Below, piece by piece: positions 1 through 12,552 of a DNA stretch of 64,000 nt. Below the pieces are notes generated by a model. The model searched no databases. It was not told where the DNA came from and was given only the letters and a program-made list of their open reading frames with translations. Every line of letters starts with the position of its first letter. Position 1 is the first letter of the stretch. The position numbers and the translations under genes are program-made. The DNA is from Phyllobates terribilis (taxonomy: Eukaryota). Where the stretch lies: NCBI RefSeq assembly GCF_046119375.1, contig NW_027362761.1, positions 970,610,001 through 970,674,000 of the forward strand, read 5' to 3'.

Positions 1-683
1 TTCAGGGTCTTTACTGATGATTATAAGGTAGACCCTCCCGGGAGTACTGGCTAGCATAAGAGGCCTGGTCAGTCTGTGAGCAAGCAGGAGTTCCCCTGGC
101 CAGGTGGAGTTGTAGGCCTCCCCGTCTGTCTGCACTCTCCCTGGCTACCTTGCTGTAAGCGGGTAGAAGTAGCCCACGTCACTGAGTGTACCGTGTAATG
201 CTTACCCGTATGGCTGGTGACTTGGGGCCTTCTGTTAGCCTCCGCTCCACGACGGCGGTGCTGGTCCCTTGCTTGTGACTGAGCCTCCGGGCTTCTATGG
301 CCAGAGGACCTGAAATCCCCTGCCGGCTGGTTTCTGCTGCTGGATACATAAGTCCTCACAGCCTCGGACTCCTGTGTCCTGTTCCTATTGTCTTCTGCCA
401 GGGCGAGCTCTGCTCAGCTTCCAACCCCTGGTCTTTAGCTCCTAGCTCCTACAGAGCTCCTTGCTGTTACTTTCCCTTGCTCTCACTCTGACTCTGACTG
501 TTCTCTGTTCTCTGACTCACTCAACCCCGCTCCAGATCCAGATTATAAGGGCAGAATTCTCCCTTCCCAGGACTGGGGCAGGAGGATGTTGCATGTTTAA
601 GGGATCCTGACCAGGAAACCTCCCACTTGCTCTCCGACGTAATATCTCTATTACTGTGGTGACCAGACCCCTGGGGTGCCACA
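1..683 (-). mobile_element. LTR fragment (runs off the window start), related to the solo LTR at 41460
   Basis: Minus-strand terminus at 683 reads TGTGGCACCCCAGGGGTCTGG, resembling TGTAGCACCCCGAGGGCTTGG at 41460; hAT-A repeat sequence begins immediately after it. Confidence 0.5.
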
Positions 684-900
684 CATGGCTCTTGTAAGGG
701 GCATTGCAGTTCCTCATAATTTTTGGAAAGCCTTCCATTCACTGCTTAGGTCAACAGTGCACAGGAGACCCAGTTGCTATAAATGGAAAAAAATGTTTAG
801 TTAACGCCCTCTGACCTCCATGTCATTTCCAAGGGGCATTGGAGTGCCTCGAAATTTTTGGTAGGCATTGCACTCACTGTATGCCCTATAACTGTGTAGC
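684..900 (+). repeat. About two degenerate copies of the ~131-bp hAT-A 3' repeat unit
   Basis: aaggggcattg(c/g)agt..ctc..aatttttgg motifs match the array at 8530-9420. Confidence 0.65.
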
Positions 901-1029
901 CGAACCGCTCCTTTTGTTACAGAAGCATATCCTACAAGACATATCTGGTTGACTGGCCTGATATTGATGTGAATGGTCCCTGTTCCTCCTGCTCTTTCTC
1001 CTTTGCCACTACCTCATCCATCATTTATC

Positions 1030-2480
1030 ACCTGAAGCTTTGCTTTAACGGGAGTCATAGAACTTGGATAGTAGCAGGAAAACATCCAGCAATCCTCGGA
1101 GGAGGTAGGATATGCGCCAAAACGCTGACCACCTCAGGCCTAGCCGCTAATACATACATGCTCTTGCATTACAACAAAACAAAGCAGATGCTAACTTCTA
1201 TCATCCTCATCATGCTCCTCACCTTGGCACTCTCAACTCCCCTGATGGAGAAGCCAGGGCCCACCGGAGGAGTCTGATAGTCCGGTGGGCTCGGCCAATG
1301 CTGCCCTAAAGCAGGCCAGGCTAAGAAAAGTGTGGGAAAGGTTACCGGGACAAAGTATGGACACCCGGCCACCCCCTGGAGGCTGGGGAGCAAGCGGGGA
1401 CCCCCGGCCACCAGGCGGCTGGGGACTGAGTATGGATACCAGGCCGCCGACACAGCCATAAAGGCCCAATTTAAAGTGCAAGCAAGCAAGCAGAATGGTA
1501 TTGCAGCCTGGGGGTGGCAGGCTGCATACTTGCACTTGCATTGCAAGGAATGGGAGAGGTACAATTGTACACTGCCGTGGGACAAGGACTTGAATGGGGA
1601 GAGTTGCAAGTCTGCAACGACAGGTGCAAGGTGGGAGGCATCTTCGCATGTACCATGAACAGGGGTTTGGCATGTACACACTACAGCGGAATAGGCTCTC
1701 CTTCCCACTAAATGCACTGGGGAGGGCACAGGTAATGTTTTGGTATACGCGCTTAATCTTATGTATAAGGCACACCAGGACAAATAGGGGCGGCTGGGGA
1801 CTGAGTATGGATACCTCGCTGCCGAAGCAGCCATGAGGTAGTGGCCAGCTTCGGCCTCCTCCAAACTAAAAGGCCCCATTTCAAGTGCAAGCTAGCAGTA
1901 TGGAATTGCAGTCTGGGGGTGGGTGGGTGGCAGGCTGCACACTTACATTTGCATTAAAAGAAAACATAGCAGATGCTAACTTCTGTCATCATCATCATGC
2001 TCCTCACCTTGGCACTCTCAACTCCACCGATGGAGAAGTCAGGGCCCACCGGAGGAGTCTGGTTCTCTGGTGGGCTCGTCCAATGCTGCCTAAAGCAGGC
2101 CGGGCTAAGAAAAGTGTTTGGGGGGATGTTCCAAGGAGAAATAGGGGCAGCTGGGGACCGTGTGTGGACACCCGGCCGCGGGGCGGCTGGGGACCGAGTA
2201 TGGACACCCGGCCGCTGGGCGGCTGGGGACTGAGTATGGATTCCAGGCCGCCAACACAGCCATGACGTGGTGGCCAGATTCCGCCTCCACATGCCTAAAA
2301 GGCCCAATTTCAAGTTCAAGCAAGCAAGCAGTATGGTATTGCAGCCTGGGGGTGGGTGGGTGGCAGGCTGCATACTTGTGCTTGTATTGCAAGGAATGGG
2401 GGAGGTACAATTGGACACTGCCCTGGGACTAGAACTTGCATGGGGATAGTTGCAAGTCTGCATCTTCTGATGCGGCAAGG
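1030..2480 (-). pseudogene. Scrambled, reiterated hAT transposase fragments
   Basis: Minus ORFs such as HSLQYKHKYAA..LLELEIGPFRHVEAE match KSLKRKHKYAA..LALEMLPFRFIEME (6403-6594) and LLATEMLPFRLVDTE (45177-48704); block 1180-1660 recurs at 1960-2470. Confidence 0.75.
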
Positions 2481-3065
2481 ATCACTTATGATGGGCACAC
2501 TTTTAGACAGTGACCTGGGAGTCAGAGATGCTTCCAGGGGTCTTCCCCATGCTGTTCCCATGTCTTTTCAGCACTTTATGCATGTGTCACACAGCACATG
2601 GCCAGATAAGGTTGTAAAATGTTAAAATGACATTTCCCTGTGAATGCATTTGTCATAGTTGAAAGCAATACAAAAGTGCAAAAACGCATAAAAAATGCTA
2701 CTTGTGAACATAGCCGAAGGTGTGGAGGAGTATTTTTGTTTTTGGTAATTTATTTTAACTTATACACAAGTCTTTTCCCTGGAAAGGATGTTCCTTAACA
2801 TATTTCACAGGAAAAAAGTTTCACTTTCGTTTTATTGTGAGCCTGTAAAAGTGGCTTAATACCTCTGACCACGTTGTTGACAGCAGTGACCTGGGGGTCA
2901 GAAATGCTTCCTGGGGCGATCCCCATGCTGTCCCCATGTCATTTGAGCACTGTCACTATCGTTTTGGGCACTTGTTAGGCTTTTAAAAGACTGCCGGGGG
3001 TGCCACCGCGGCGAGCTCGGCCCGAGCTTCGAGCACCCGAGCATTTTAGTGCTCTCTCAACACTA
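2480..3065 (+). mobile_element. hAT-A 3' terminal segment with terminal inverted repeat (TIR)
   Basis: Ends ...GCTCTCTCAACACTA at 3065 (reverse complement TAGTGTTGAGAGAGC, Ac-like); homologous to 17660-18309 and, inverted, to 30993-31753. Confidence 0.75.
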
Positions 3066-3143
3066 GTCTCTATCTATTGGGTTGCCTGTAGTGGAACCTT
3101 CCTGTTCTGCAGTCTAAGTTGTGTAAGGTTGCGTACCAGTCCT

Positions 3144-3812
3144 TGCTGCACCCTGATACAAACTCTGCCTGCTGCACTCCTGATACAGACTCTGCCTGCT
3201 GTACGCCTGATGCAGACTCTGCCTGCTGCACTCCTGATACAGACTCTGCCTGCTGCACTCTGATACAGACCCTGGCTGGTGCACTCTGATACAGACTCTG
3301 GCTACTGCACTCCTGATACAGACTATGCATGCTGCACGCTGATACAGACTCTGCCTGCTGCACTCCTCATACAGACTTCTGCTTGCTGCACTCCTGATAC
3401 AAACTCTGCCTGCTGCACTCTGATACAGACTCTGCCTGCTGGACTCTGATATAGACTCTGCCTGCTGCACTCCTGATACAAACTCTGCCTGCTGCACTTT
3501 GATACAGACTCTGCCTGCTGCACTCTGGTACAGACTCTGCCTGCTGCACTCTGATACAGACTCTGCCTGCTGCACTCTGATACATACTCTGCCTGCTGCA
3601 CTCTGATACAGACTCCGCCTGCTGCACTCCTGATACAGACTCTGCCTGCTGCACTCCTGATACAGACTCTGCCTGCTGCACTCCTGATACAGACTCTGCC
3701 TGTTGCACTCTGATACAGACTCTGCCTGCTGCACTCTGAAACAGACTCTGCCTGCTGCACTCTGATACAGACTCTGCCTGCTGAACTCTGATGCAGACTC
3801 TGCCTGCTGCAC
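3144..3812. repeat. 26/27-bp minisatellite TGATACAGACTCTGCCTGCTGCACTC(C), about 25 copies, inside an LTR-like segment ending at 4008
   Basis: Direct tandem periodicity; 9-aa repeats (ECSRQSLYQ, VQQAESVSG) in several ORF frames; minus-strand TGTCACGGATG terminus-like sequence at 4008 with no TSD found. Confidence 0.9.
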
Positions 3813-4189
3813 CATCTAGTCTGTCCTACTGAGTCCAACTGCTGCCCGTCCGTTGGTCTGTCCTGGAGTGGCACCTGGAGTTCATTGGGAGCCAAGTCTA
3901 ACCTCTCCATCAGAGGGTCTAGTGAACAGTCTGGTGCTCGCTTAGTCACGCCCCTCCAGACTCTCCGGGGTCCGTGGCACAGTGGTTCCACAAACCACAT
4001 CCGTGACAGTGCTCCCTCGCAGGTAGGGTCCTCTCTCCTGTTGTACTAGTCGGTGACCCCTTTTGACATGTAAAGCGCAAATGAATAAATGTCGCTCTCA
4101 CAGTAATAATAATTATAGTACTTGTACTCTGGGTCAATTGATGGCACTTCCCTGGTGTCTACACCTAATTTGATGTGTTTAGGCAGCTT

Positions 4190-4352
4190 TTGGTTCAGTT
4201 TCTAGGTGTTGTATATGCATTTTTTTGGTCCCCACATTGAATCCTTTGGGATTCGGAAAGGTTCGATGAACATTCGGGGAATAAATTCGTCGAATATCAA
4301 TTTGTTCGACTAACCTTTCCGAACCAAACATTGAAATGTTCGCTCATGCCTA
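4190..4352. mobile_element. Isolated hAT end
   Basis: ...GTTCGCTCATGCCTA at 4352 (reverse complement TAGGCATGAGCGAAC) with clustered TTCG/CGAA subterminal motifs. Confidence 0.6.
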
Positions 4353-4481
4353 CTGAGGACTAATCCAGCTGCATATGATCAGTGGTGATAGCAGGAATTA
4401 GGCAGGCAGGCAGTGTATGTGGCAGACTGCTGTGCATATAGCAAGGGGGTCCATTGAACGTCCTGTTAGTCTAGGTATTCC

Positions 4482-4486
<5 letters not shown>

Positions 4487-4528
<42 letters not shown>
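4487..4528. repeat. (AT)21 microsatellite
   Basis: Direct reading. Confidence 0.98.
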
Positions 4529-4531
<3 letters not shown>

Positions 4532-4819
4532 TATCAGAGCTATGCCGGCAGGCATTGTATGTAGCAGACTGCAGTGTATAATATAGCACAAAAGGCTCCA
4601 TTCCAGTTCTGTCTGCTGCTGCTGTTACAGATATTTCTATAAATAGCCCCAGGTATCAGGGGCCAGGGATAATTATTTTTTTTTATGTTATAATTATTTG
4701 GTTAAAAAACAATCCAGAGAACACAGTTTTTCTGCTCCATTTGCTTGTTGCCACAGCAGAATACGGCCAGATTCTTTCCATATTACAGCGATAAAAATCC
4801 AGAAATTTGTAGTGAACGT

Positions 4820-5296
4820 GGAAAATATTGGCCTCCATTTAAATTTTATTGCAGTGTGTCAGTGAAGTTATTGACACGAGGTCGCTGTGAAAAATAGTAA
4901 CCTACAGGCCAGCTATTGAAAACACATATCACATATAAGTGTGCTCCAAATTTCGTCATTTCTGGCCTCCATTTAAATTTTGTTATAGTGTGTCAGTGAA
5001 GTTATTGACAAGAGGTCGCTGAGAAAAATAGTAACCTACAGGCCTGCTATTTAAAACTGTGGATTTCAGTCACATGTATCACATATAAGTGTGCTCCAAA
5101 TTCAGGCATTTCAGGCCTCCATTTAAATTTTGTTACAGTGTGTCAGTGAAGCTATTGACACGAGGTCGCTGTGAAAAATAGTAACCTACAGGTCAGCTAT
5201 TTAAAAGTGATGTTTTCCATCACATGTATCACATATCACTGCGGTTCAAATCCAGCAATTTGAAGTGAAAGTGGAAAATATTGTCCTCCATTTAAA
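4820..5296 (+). repeat. 134-170-bp tandem repeat (3 copies plus a partial) upstream of the hAT-A transposase
   Basis: CCTCCATTTAAA recurs near 4830, 4964, 5114 and 5283; gaggtcgctg(t/a)gaaaaatagtaacctacagg occurs three times. Confidence 0.85.
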
Positions 5297-8200
5297 ATGG
5301 GCAAAGCGCATGGCAAGGGATGGGGAAGTGGACGTGATGGTGATGATGATGCATGCAGAGCACGAGGCTGAGGCCGTGGGCAAGCTGAAATTGTGCCACA
5401 ACAAACACCCACATCTTCTCTCTCGACTTTCCTGTCCCAATTAATATGGGACCACAGAACACCACTATTGAACACAGAGCAATGTGAAAAGGTTATTGGT
5501 TGGATAGCAGATAATGCTTCCAGTCACTTAGCCACCACCGCCACCCTGTCTTCCACACAGTCAAGTCTCAGTAGCCGTGAGTCTGGACTGCATATTCCTC
5601 ACCCTGATCCTCCTTCCTTCCACCATGCCGTGTGCCCAGAGACAACTGATCCCACACTTGGACACTACGAAGAGCTGTTCACTTTTCCATTTATAGATTC
5701 GGGCCTCTCGCCCCCCGTCCACTTGAAGCGGGGCAAGAGGATATCGCATATAGCGATGCCCAAATATTTGAACAGCCACGGTCACATGAAGGCGACGGTG
5801 AGAAACTGTCACAAGAGGTGGATGATGATGAGACACAATTGCCAGAAAGTCAGGAGGAGGACCAGGGTGCGGAAGTGGAAGATGAGGTGGTGGACGATGA
5901 AGTCACTGACCCAACCTGGCAAGGTGACATACAGAGCGAGGACAGCAGCACACAGGAGGAGGGAGGGGTAGCACCACAACAGGCAAGAAGAAGCAGTGTG
6001 GTGGCCACAGACAGAAAGCGGGCAACCGTTCCCCGTAACATCAACACGACGGAAGTTTTCAGTACAACTGTTAGGTCTTCCCGAGTCTGGTTGTTTTTTA
6101 AAGACTCTGCCGATATCTCCAAAAAGGCCATTTGCACCACCAGCAAGGTCAGCATCATCAGAAGTAGCAAAAGTAGCAGCCTGACCACCACCAGCATGAT
6201 CAGGCACATGGGAGCAAAGCACCCGACTAAGTTGGCCGAACCCAGGTGTCCAGCAACAGTGTCTGCGGATGACACCACTGTTTGTTCCGCTGTTGTGCGT
6301 GCATGCCCATCCCCTGTCGATGATGCATGCCAAGATGCCTCCCGCACTGCACCTGGCGTTAAACACTCTTAACTAGCACCATCAGCAAGCACGTCCGCGT
6401 CCTTGTCCCAGCGCAGAGTTCAGTTGTCCCTGCCCAAGTCCTTGAAACGCAAGCACAAATACGCAGCTAATGCCCCACAGTTCACACTACTAAATTCACA
6501 CATTTTGCGAATGCTCGCGCTCGAAATGTTGCCTTTTAGGTTCATAGAGATGGAAGCTTTCTGCAACCTCATGGCGGCGGCACTCCCTTGGTAATCGGTA
6601 CATTAGCCGCACCCTCAACAATGCAGTTACTGGGAAAGACCACCTAATCACGGACACATGGACATGTGCTTGTGGGCAGGGATGGTACATCTTGCTGACG
6701 GCACACTGGGTTAACATAGTGGAAGCCTGGACCCAATCGGACCTTGGAACAGAACACGTCCACCCGACGCCGAGGATTGTGGGCCCTCGGACAATCAGGG
6801 TTGCCCCCACATTCTACAGCTACTGCATCTCCTCCTCCTCTTCAGCATCCATCTCCAAAATTACCACATCAGTCGCAAGCTGGAAGAACTGCCTTGGCGA
6901 AGCGGAAACAGGCTGTGCTGAAGCTAATATGCTTAGGTGACAAACCACACAACCCTGAAGAGTTGTGGACAGCTCTGAAAGAGCAGGCAGATCTGTGGGT
7001 GACAACGCTGAACCTACAGCCAGGCATGGTCGTGTGTGACAATGGCCGGAACTTGGTGGCGGCTCTGAGGTGAGGTGAGCTCACACACGTTCCATGCCTG
7101 GCCCATGTGCTTAACCTTGGGGTTCAGTGGTTTCTCAAAACCTACCTGGATCTGTTGCATCTGCTCATGAAAGTACGCCGCCTGCGTGCCCATTTTAGAA
7201 AGTCAGCTACAGCTTCTACCGCTCTTGCCGTGCTTCAGCAGCATTTGCAGCTTCCTGCTCACCAGCTGATCTGCAATGTCAACTCTACATTGCTGATATT
7301 GGGAAGGATTTGTCAGCAGAAGAGAGCAGTTGTTAACTACCTGCATCATCAAGGCCATCAGTATTCAGGTCATACTCCACACATAAAACCTCAGAAGTAG
7401 ACATGGATGTCAGACATCTGTACCATCCTCCAAAAGTTTGAGGACTCCACCAAGATGGTGAGCGGCGATGATGCCATAATTAGCGTCACCATCACACTTC
7501 TCTGTCTTCTGAAACGCTCTCTGCTCTTAATTAAAGAGAATGCATTGCAGGCGGAGCACGATAAGATGGAGCAAGGAACCATACAGGGTGATTACACACA
7601 GCCCAGCCTCATCTCATCCCAAAGTGGATTGGGTGACAATGAGGAAGAGGAGGAGGAAGAACAGGAGCTAGTTTCCTGCAGTATAGATGGTACTACCTAC
7701 ACAACTGCCATACCGTCTGTTCAGCGTGGATGGCCTGAGGACAGGCAGGAGGAGGAAGAGGAGGAGGATGAGGGGGAGAGCATGGTCAGTTATCCTCTTG
7801 GTGAGAACACTGAAGTCTTGCCTCTTTGCAGTCTGGCACACATGGCTGAGTTTATGTTACACTGCCTTTCCCGTGACACTCGCATTGTTCAAATTTTGGG
7901 TGACTGTCATTACTGGTTGGTGACGCTTCTAGAACCACACTACAGGGAGAACTCTATGTCTTTTATTCCTTTGCAGGCAGAGGAACACTGTCAAAGTTCT
8001 GGGACAGTTTTCTCAAACCCTCCAATCGCACAGGCCCTGAGGCGGGGGCTACTCTCACAAGGAATGCAAAGTTTTGGAAGATGGTGAGGGACTATCTTGC
8101 CAACCATACCAATGTCCTCCGTAATTCCTCTGTGCCTTATAATTATTGGGTATCTAAGCTGGACACGTGGAATGAAATTGCTTTCTACGCCTTGGAGGTC

Positions 8201-8353
8201 TTGGCCTTCACTGCCGTTAGCGTTTTATCAGAGCGGGATTTTAGTGCCGCCGGTGAAATTATAACAGATAGGAGCATTTGCCTGTCAACTGAAAATGCTG
8301 ACAGGCTGACTATTATAAAAATGATACCACCGAATGATAGCAGCGTAACATAA
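5297..8353 (+). pseudogene. Decayed hAT transposase (family hAT-A), many stops and frameshifts
   Basis: BED-finger relic VWLFFKD...MIRHMGAKH; LALEMLPFRF; LTAHWVN; VVCDNGRNLVAAL; PCLAHVLNL; C-terminal LSERDFSAAG..LSTENADRLTIIKM. Confidence 0.92.
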
Positions 8354-8529
8354 ACTCAAATACAGTGTCTTTTTTTGGGGGGGAGGTCTAATTCTATTCC
8401 CATGCACCGCTGTCTTCACACCCAGACATGGGTATATGCTTCCTGATTTTGTCTATTTGCTCTTGTCCTCCTCCTTCTCCTCATCCTCCACCACCATATC
8501 ACCACCATATGTACCATATCAACATATCT

Positions 8530-9420
8530 ACGTTTCTTGCAAGGGCCATTGAAGTTCCTTCAAATTTTTTGCAGCCGTTGCTTCACTGCATAGGCAAACA
8601 GTATGGGAGACTCACTTCCTAATAATGGGAACAATGTTTTAGGAGGCTCTCTGACCTCTATGTCTCTTGAAATGGGCATTGGAGTGCCTCCAAATTTTTG
8701 GCAGCCATTGCTTCACTGCATAGGCAAATGATATGGGAGACCCACTTCCTAATAGTGGGAACATTGTGTTTAGGAGGCTCTCTGACCTCTACGTCTCTTG
8801 CAAGGGGCATTAAAGTGCCTCAAAATTTTTGGCAGCCCTTGCAGTCACTGCACACGCAATAACAGTATAGGAGACTCACTTGTTAATAGTGGGAACATTG
8901 TTTTAAGGAGGTTCTCTGACCTCTGCGTCTCTTGCAAGGGGCATTGGAGTTCCTCCAAATTTTTGGCAGCCATTTCTGCACTGAATAGGCAAACACTATG
9001 GGAGACACACTTCCTAATAATGGGAACAATGTTTTTAGGAGGCTCTCTGACATCTATGTCTCTTGCAAAGGACATTGGAGTTCCTCCAAATTTTTCGCAG
9101 CCATTTCTGCTCTGCATAGGCAAACACTATGAGAGACACACTTCCTAATAATGGGAACATTGTTTTTAGGAGGCTCTCTGACCTCTATGTCTCTTGCAAG
9201 GGGCATTGGAGTTCCTCCATATTTTTGGCAGCCGTTGCTTCACTGGATAGGCAAACACTATGAGAGACCCACTTCCTAATAATGGGAACATTGTCTTTAG
9301 GAGGCTCTCTGACCTCTACGTCTCTTGCAAGGGGCATTAAAGTGCCTACAAATGTTTGGCAGCCCCTGCAGTCACTACATACGCAATAACAGTATAGGAG
9401 ACCCAGTCGTTAATAATGGG
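8530..9420 (+). repeat. ~131-bp tandem array, 7 copies, 3' of the hAT-A transposase
   Basis: GT(C/T)TCTTG(C/A)AA motif near 8533, 8662, 8792, 8927, 9059, 9189 and 9320. Confidence 0.92.
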
Positions 9421-9650
9421 AGCAACAAAGCATAGCCGGCTGATTGCTCTCTAACAATAGCGAGGGCCGACTGCTGGCCCTTTAAGAATAGTAAGGGCCA
9501 CCTGATGGCCCTTTAAAAATAGGTTTGTGACTTTCAGAGTCCCTCTATCATAAATGAAACAGGATGTGTCTGATAATGCGTCACACACCACAATATCAGA
9601 TAAGGTTGTGAAATGTTAAAATGACATTTCCCGGTGAATGCATTTGTCTT
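9420..9650 (+). mobile_element. hAT-A 3' subterminal sequence, truncated
   Basis: Matches the reverse complement of about 31490-31720 and part of 17750-17830. Confidence 0.65.
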
Positions 9651-9739
9651 AAAAAATAACGTAAAAAAAAATACACAGTAAGATCTTTCTTTAGTATAAA
9701 AACCAGAGTCGCCAATGTAACCTCAATGTAATCTCATTG

Positions 9740-12118
9740 TTCAGCTCCTGCACCTCCTCCTCCAGTTTGGCCTCCATCTCCGAAAGACCACATCAGTCAC
9801 AAGCTGAAAGCACTGCAGCACTGCCTTTGCCAAGCGGCAACAGGCTGTGCTGAAGATATCATGCTTAATGCTTAGGTGACAAACTGCCCACCGCTGCAGA
9901 GTTGTTGAAAGCTGTAACACAGCTGCCTGATCTGTGGCTCTCACCGCTGAGCATACAGCCCGGCATGGTCATGTGTGACAATGGGCAGAACCTGGTGACA
10001 GAGAAATGACAGCCGGAGTAGATACGGTTTCCCAAAAGTCAGTCCTTTCACCAAGCTAAAAAATATGGCTGTGGTGAAATACAACTCACCAACAAGCTGT
10101 GGACTGGCTCCGTACCGTCCCTGGCCACCTGGCCGCCGCAGTCATGAAGTTGTGGACAGCTTCAGCCTCCACGAGCCTAAAAGGCCACATTTCAAGTGCA
10201 AGCAGCTTTAGAAGACTTCCTGGGAGAAATGACAGCTGGAGTAGATACGGTTTTCCAAGTCCTTTCACCAAGCTAAAAAATATGGCTGTGGTGACATACA
10301 ACTCTGAGAAAAAAAGCTGTGGACTGGCTCCGTACCATCCCTGGACACATTCACTTGTCCACGTGTTTGTGGTTAGAGGCGGTCCTTCCCAGTAAGTGCA
10401 TTGGGGAGGGCATGGGTAATGTTATGGGACCCATGCTTGTGGAAGGCGGAGACGACACCGGGACAAACAGTGGCGGCTGGGGACCGAGTGTGGACACCCG
10501 TCTCCCACTGCCATAAGGTTGAGGACAGCTTCCGCCTCCACGAGTCTAAAAGGCCACATTTCAAGTGCAAGCAGCTGTCAAAAATTTGGCAGTAAAGTAT
10601 TGCAGCCTGTGGGTGGGTGGGTGGCTGCATAATTGGGTTTGCATTCCAAGTAACAGAAAACTAAGCAAATGGTGGCCTCTATCATCATCATGGCCTCACC
10701 TCTGCACTATGAACTCTCCTGCAGGAGAATCCAGGGCCCACCAGAGGAGTCTCCGCTTCTGTGGTGGACCCGTCCAACTCTGCCAAGAAGAAGCCCTGGC
10801 TAAGAAAAGTGTGTGGGAAGGTTCCTGGACAATCTATGGCTGCATTTTTAATGTGGATTGGATGTGCTTAATTGCATGTTATTTCTGAAACTGCATTGCA
10901 GATCAGGCCATTGCCTAACTCTGTAGTTATGAAATTAAAAGGTGTGAGGCAGTGACGGGGATCATATACGAGGGTCGGTATATATCCCCCAGAATGTGTA
11001 CAGAGACCTATTAAATCCATTGGAGTGCATTGCAGTCATAGACACAGCTGCGGCTGCAATGCAGGAATGAAGGTGAGCAATCACTTGGTCAGACTACCTG
11101 GCTAAGGCAGATTAAGTAAAACCCGGCAGGGCCTTCATTTCTTGGAGGAGGTCACAGGAGGCAGTGGGGCGGCCTCCTCCCTTCAACCCGGGTTTTCCAG
11201 TGGCTCTTGCCACAGGTCCTTTAAAACTCCTTCACTAAGGTTTAGTGTTGTTCTATGTTGCAACCTGCTAGGAGCACAGCAGGAAAGCTCAGCAGGACTG
11301 AGTGTGGCTGAACCACTGCCTAGGAAGGCTCTGCACCTGTCAGGCTCTGCACGGCCCGGCGTGGCCGTTGTCCCCGGCAACCGCTGTTTATGGACTCATG
11401 TTAACCCGGCTGCGAACCGGAGGACTTTCTGTTTACCCGTGAGTTGCTGAATAAAAGCTGTTTATGTTGGACTTGCTTGGGTCACTGCCTCAGTTACTGC
11501 ACGGTGTGAACACCGCCGCCTTACAAAGGGCAAAGAAAGTTTGTGTGTCGAAGTACTACCGACAAGTGCGAGCTGATGATGGACAGGCTGCCATTGCTTA
11601 TGCGACAAGCTGCATTAGAGGACTTGTCCACGTGTTTGTGGTTAGGCGGTCCTTCTCAGTGAGTGCAGTGGGGAGGGCACGGGTAATGTTATGGGACCCA
11701 TGCTTGTGGAAGGCGGAGACGACACCTGGACAAATAGTGGCGGCTGGGGACTGAGTATGGACACCCGGCCGCCGCCGTCGCCATGAGGTTGTGGAAAGCT
11801 TCCGCCTCCACGAGCCTAAAAGGCCAGATTTCAAGTGCAAGCAGCTTTAGAAGACTTCCTGGGAGAAATGACAGCTGGAGTAGATACGGTTTCCCAAGTC
11901 AGTCCTTTCACCGAGCTAAAAAATATGGCTGTGGTGAAATACAACTCACCAACAAGCTGTGGACTGGCTCCATACCGACCCTGGCCACATTCACTTGTCC
12001 ACGTGCTTGTGGTTAGGCGGTCCTTCCCAGTAAGTGCACTGGGGAGGGCACGGATAATGTTGTGGGATCCGTGCTTGTGGAAGGCAGAGACGACACCTGG
12101 ACAAATAGTGGCAGCTGG
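9740..12118 (-). pseudogene. Patchwork of reiterated hAT transposase fragments, continuing at 17090-17660 beyond the Gypsy insertion
   Basis: LLKLLALEMWPFRLVEAE (10086-10301 minus); modules TTTCAAGTGCAAGCAGC, GCTGGGGAC(C/T)GAGT and GTGGACTGGCTCC recur in varying order. Confidence 0.75.
10943..11525 (+). mobile_element. Solo LTR, 583 bp
   Basis: TGTGAGGC...GCCTTACA inverted termini, 4-bp TSD AAGG (10939-10942 and 11526-11529), internal AATAAA near 11450. Confidence 0.85.
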
Positions 12119-12540
12119 TGTTATGTTCTGCTACCAGAGCTAAGGAAAGAGAGGAGATCTGTCCCTACGATAGAACTCAGCTGAATCCCTACGATGTAAC
12201 AGGGAACCTGATCCTGCGATCAGACCTGCTAAAGTCCTAAGCTAGTCTGTACGGAGACCTATAGATGTGGGGAAGGAATCCCTACAAGTACTAAGGACTG
12301 GGAGGAATATGGGACACCTCCTAACAGAAATAGTAGCAGACAGACGAACAAACAAAATATATAGAACATAGAGGTCCGTAGACCAAGCAAACTAACAGAG
12401 TAAGATACAGAGCACAGGCTAGCTAGAAAGTAGTTATACAATGAAGTCCAGCAAAGCCAGAAGGGCGGAGCAGGCTTAAATAGGCCAACAAGGTCATGTG
12501 ACCAGCAAAGGAAAAAAAACCTAAGAGCAAGGTTCTAACA
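12119..12540 (-). repeat. 3' LTR of the Gypsy element
   Basis: Direct repeat of 16668-17089 (offset 4549); the identical 60-aa ORFs in the track have the same offset. Confidence 0.97.
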
Positions 12541-12552
12541 GTACCCCCCCTT

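Noticed and set aside
3070-4000. Repetitive 100-230-aa ORFs
   Set aside because: Products of the 26/27-bp minisatellite; frames shift with unit length.
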